DNA of 64,000 nucleotides. Source: Comamonas sp. Its GTDB lineage: Bacteria > Pseudomonadota > Gammaproteobacteria > Burkholderiales > Burkholderiaceae_C. A program made the position numbers and the translations under genes. Shown one piece after another: positions 63,296 through 64,000 of this stretch. Numbering within the stretch: the first letter of the stretch is position 1; every line of letters begins with the position of its first letter. The notes beneath the pieces are model-generated. The model had not been told where the DNA came from, made no database searches, and worked only from the letters and a program-made list of their open reading frames with translations. The DNA is taken from contig JBEVDH010000044.1 of assembly GCA_040514115.1 (NCBI GenBank), forward strand, positions 285-64,284, written 5' to 3'.

Positions 63296-64000
63296 ATGAT
63301 TCCTTCCTGTGCCGCGGCTGTCCCCCACCCGCCCGCGGACCTGCCGCGCAGTGCCGTGCTGCTGTTTGCCGCGGCCAGTGGCCTGAGTGTGGCCAACGTG
63401 TACTACGCCCACCCGTTGCTGGACAGCCTGGCCCATGACTTCGGCATCGGCGAGGCCGCGGTCGGGGGCCTGGTGACGGCCACGCAGGCGGGTTGCGCGC
63501 TGGCCTTGCTGCTGCTCGTGCCGCTGGGCGACCGCCTCGATCGCCGCCGTCTGATGGCGGGGCAGTTGCTGGCACTGGTGGCCGCGCTGCTCACCGTCGC
63601 GCTGGCGCGCCAGGTGCCGGTGCTGCTGGCCGGCATGCTGCTGGTCGGCCTGATGGGCACGGCAATGACGCAGGGGCTGATTGCCTATGCCGCCAGCGCC
63701 GCCGCGCCCCAGGCGCGCGGGCGCATCGTCGGCGCCGCGCAGGCCGGCGTATTCGTCGGTCTGCTGCTGGCGCGGGTGTTTTCCGGCGCCATCAGTGATC
63801 TTGCGGGCTGGCGCGCCGTCTATGCCTGCGCCGCGCTGTTGATGCTGGCCCTGGCGCTGCCGCTGTGGCACCAGCTGCCGACGCTGCCCGCCGCGGGCCA
63901 TGCCATCGGTTACTGGCGCCTGGTCGCCTCGATGCTCACGCTGCTGCGGCAGGAACGGCAGCTGCAGGTGCGCGGCCTGCTGGCGCTGCTGATGTTTGCC
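63296..64000 (+). CDS. MFS transporter (runs off the window)
   Basis: Manual translation: SVANVYYAHPLL...VPLGDRLDRRR; same family as 44047..45258. Confidence 0.85.
   Translation, partial: MIPSCAAAVPHPPADLPRSAVLLFAAASGLSVANVYYAHPLLDSLAHDFGIGEAAVGGLVTATQAGCALALLLLVPLGDRLDRRRLMAGQLLALVAALLTVALARQVPVLLAGMLLVGLMGTAMTQGLIAYAASAAAPQARGRIVGAAQAGVFVGLLLARVFSGAISDLAGWRAVYACAALLMLALALPLWHQLPTLPAAGHAIGYWRLVASMLTLLRQERQLQVRGLLALLMFA

Overview
High-GC chromosomal segment, most likely from a betaproteobacterium of the Comamonadaceae type (inferred from gene content and four solo Bug/TctC binding proteins). Most of the window is ordinary metabolism and transport: two RluA-type pseudouridine synthases, AsmA-family protein, scoAB, catalase, ETF-QO, a three-subunit flavocytochrome dehydrogenase, ABC transporters (including livKHMGF), lysP, gcvTHP, a hybrid sensor kinase and several regulator-plus-enzyme modules. 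I saw no tRNA, rRNA, CRISPR array, integrase or full transposase. The standout is a low-GC three-gene islet (about 19.9-24.1 kb): a C39-like protein, a cytoplasmic PQQ-type beta-propeller protein and an ABC exporter. A papain/C39-peptidase-like domain appears split across the first two genes in permuted order, with both catalytic residues replaced (Cys to Ser, His to Gln). Also notable: a REP-like hairpin family that appears to nest into its own loop, two different IS5-family-like MITEs sitting exactly on stop codons, and a 141-aa acidic orphan ORF with no Lys or Arg. All calls come from reading motifs by eye; no searches were run, and start codons were chosen from RBS position and frame.
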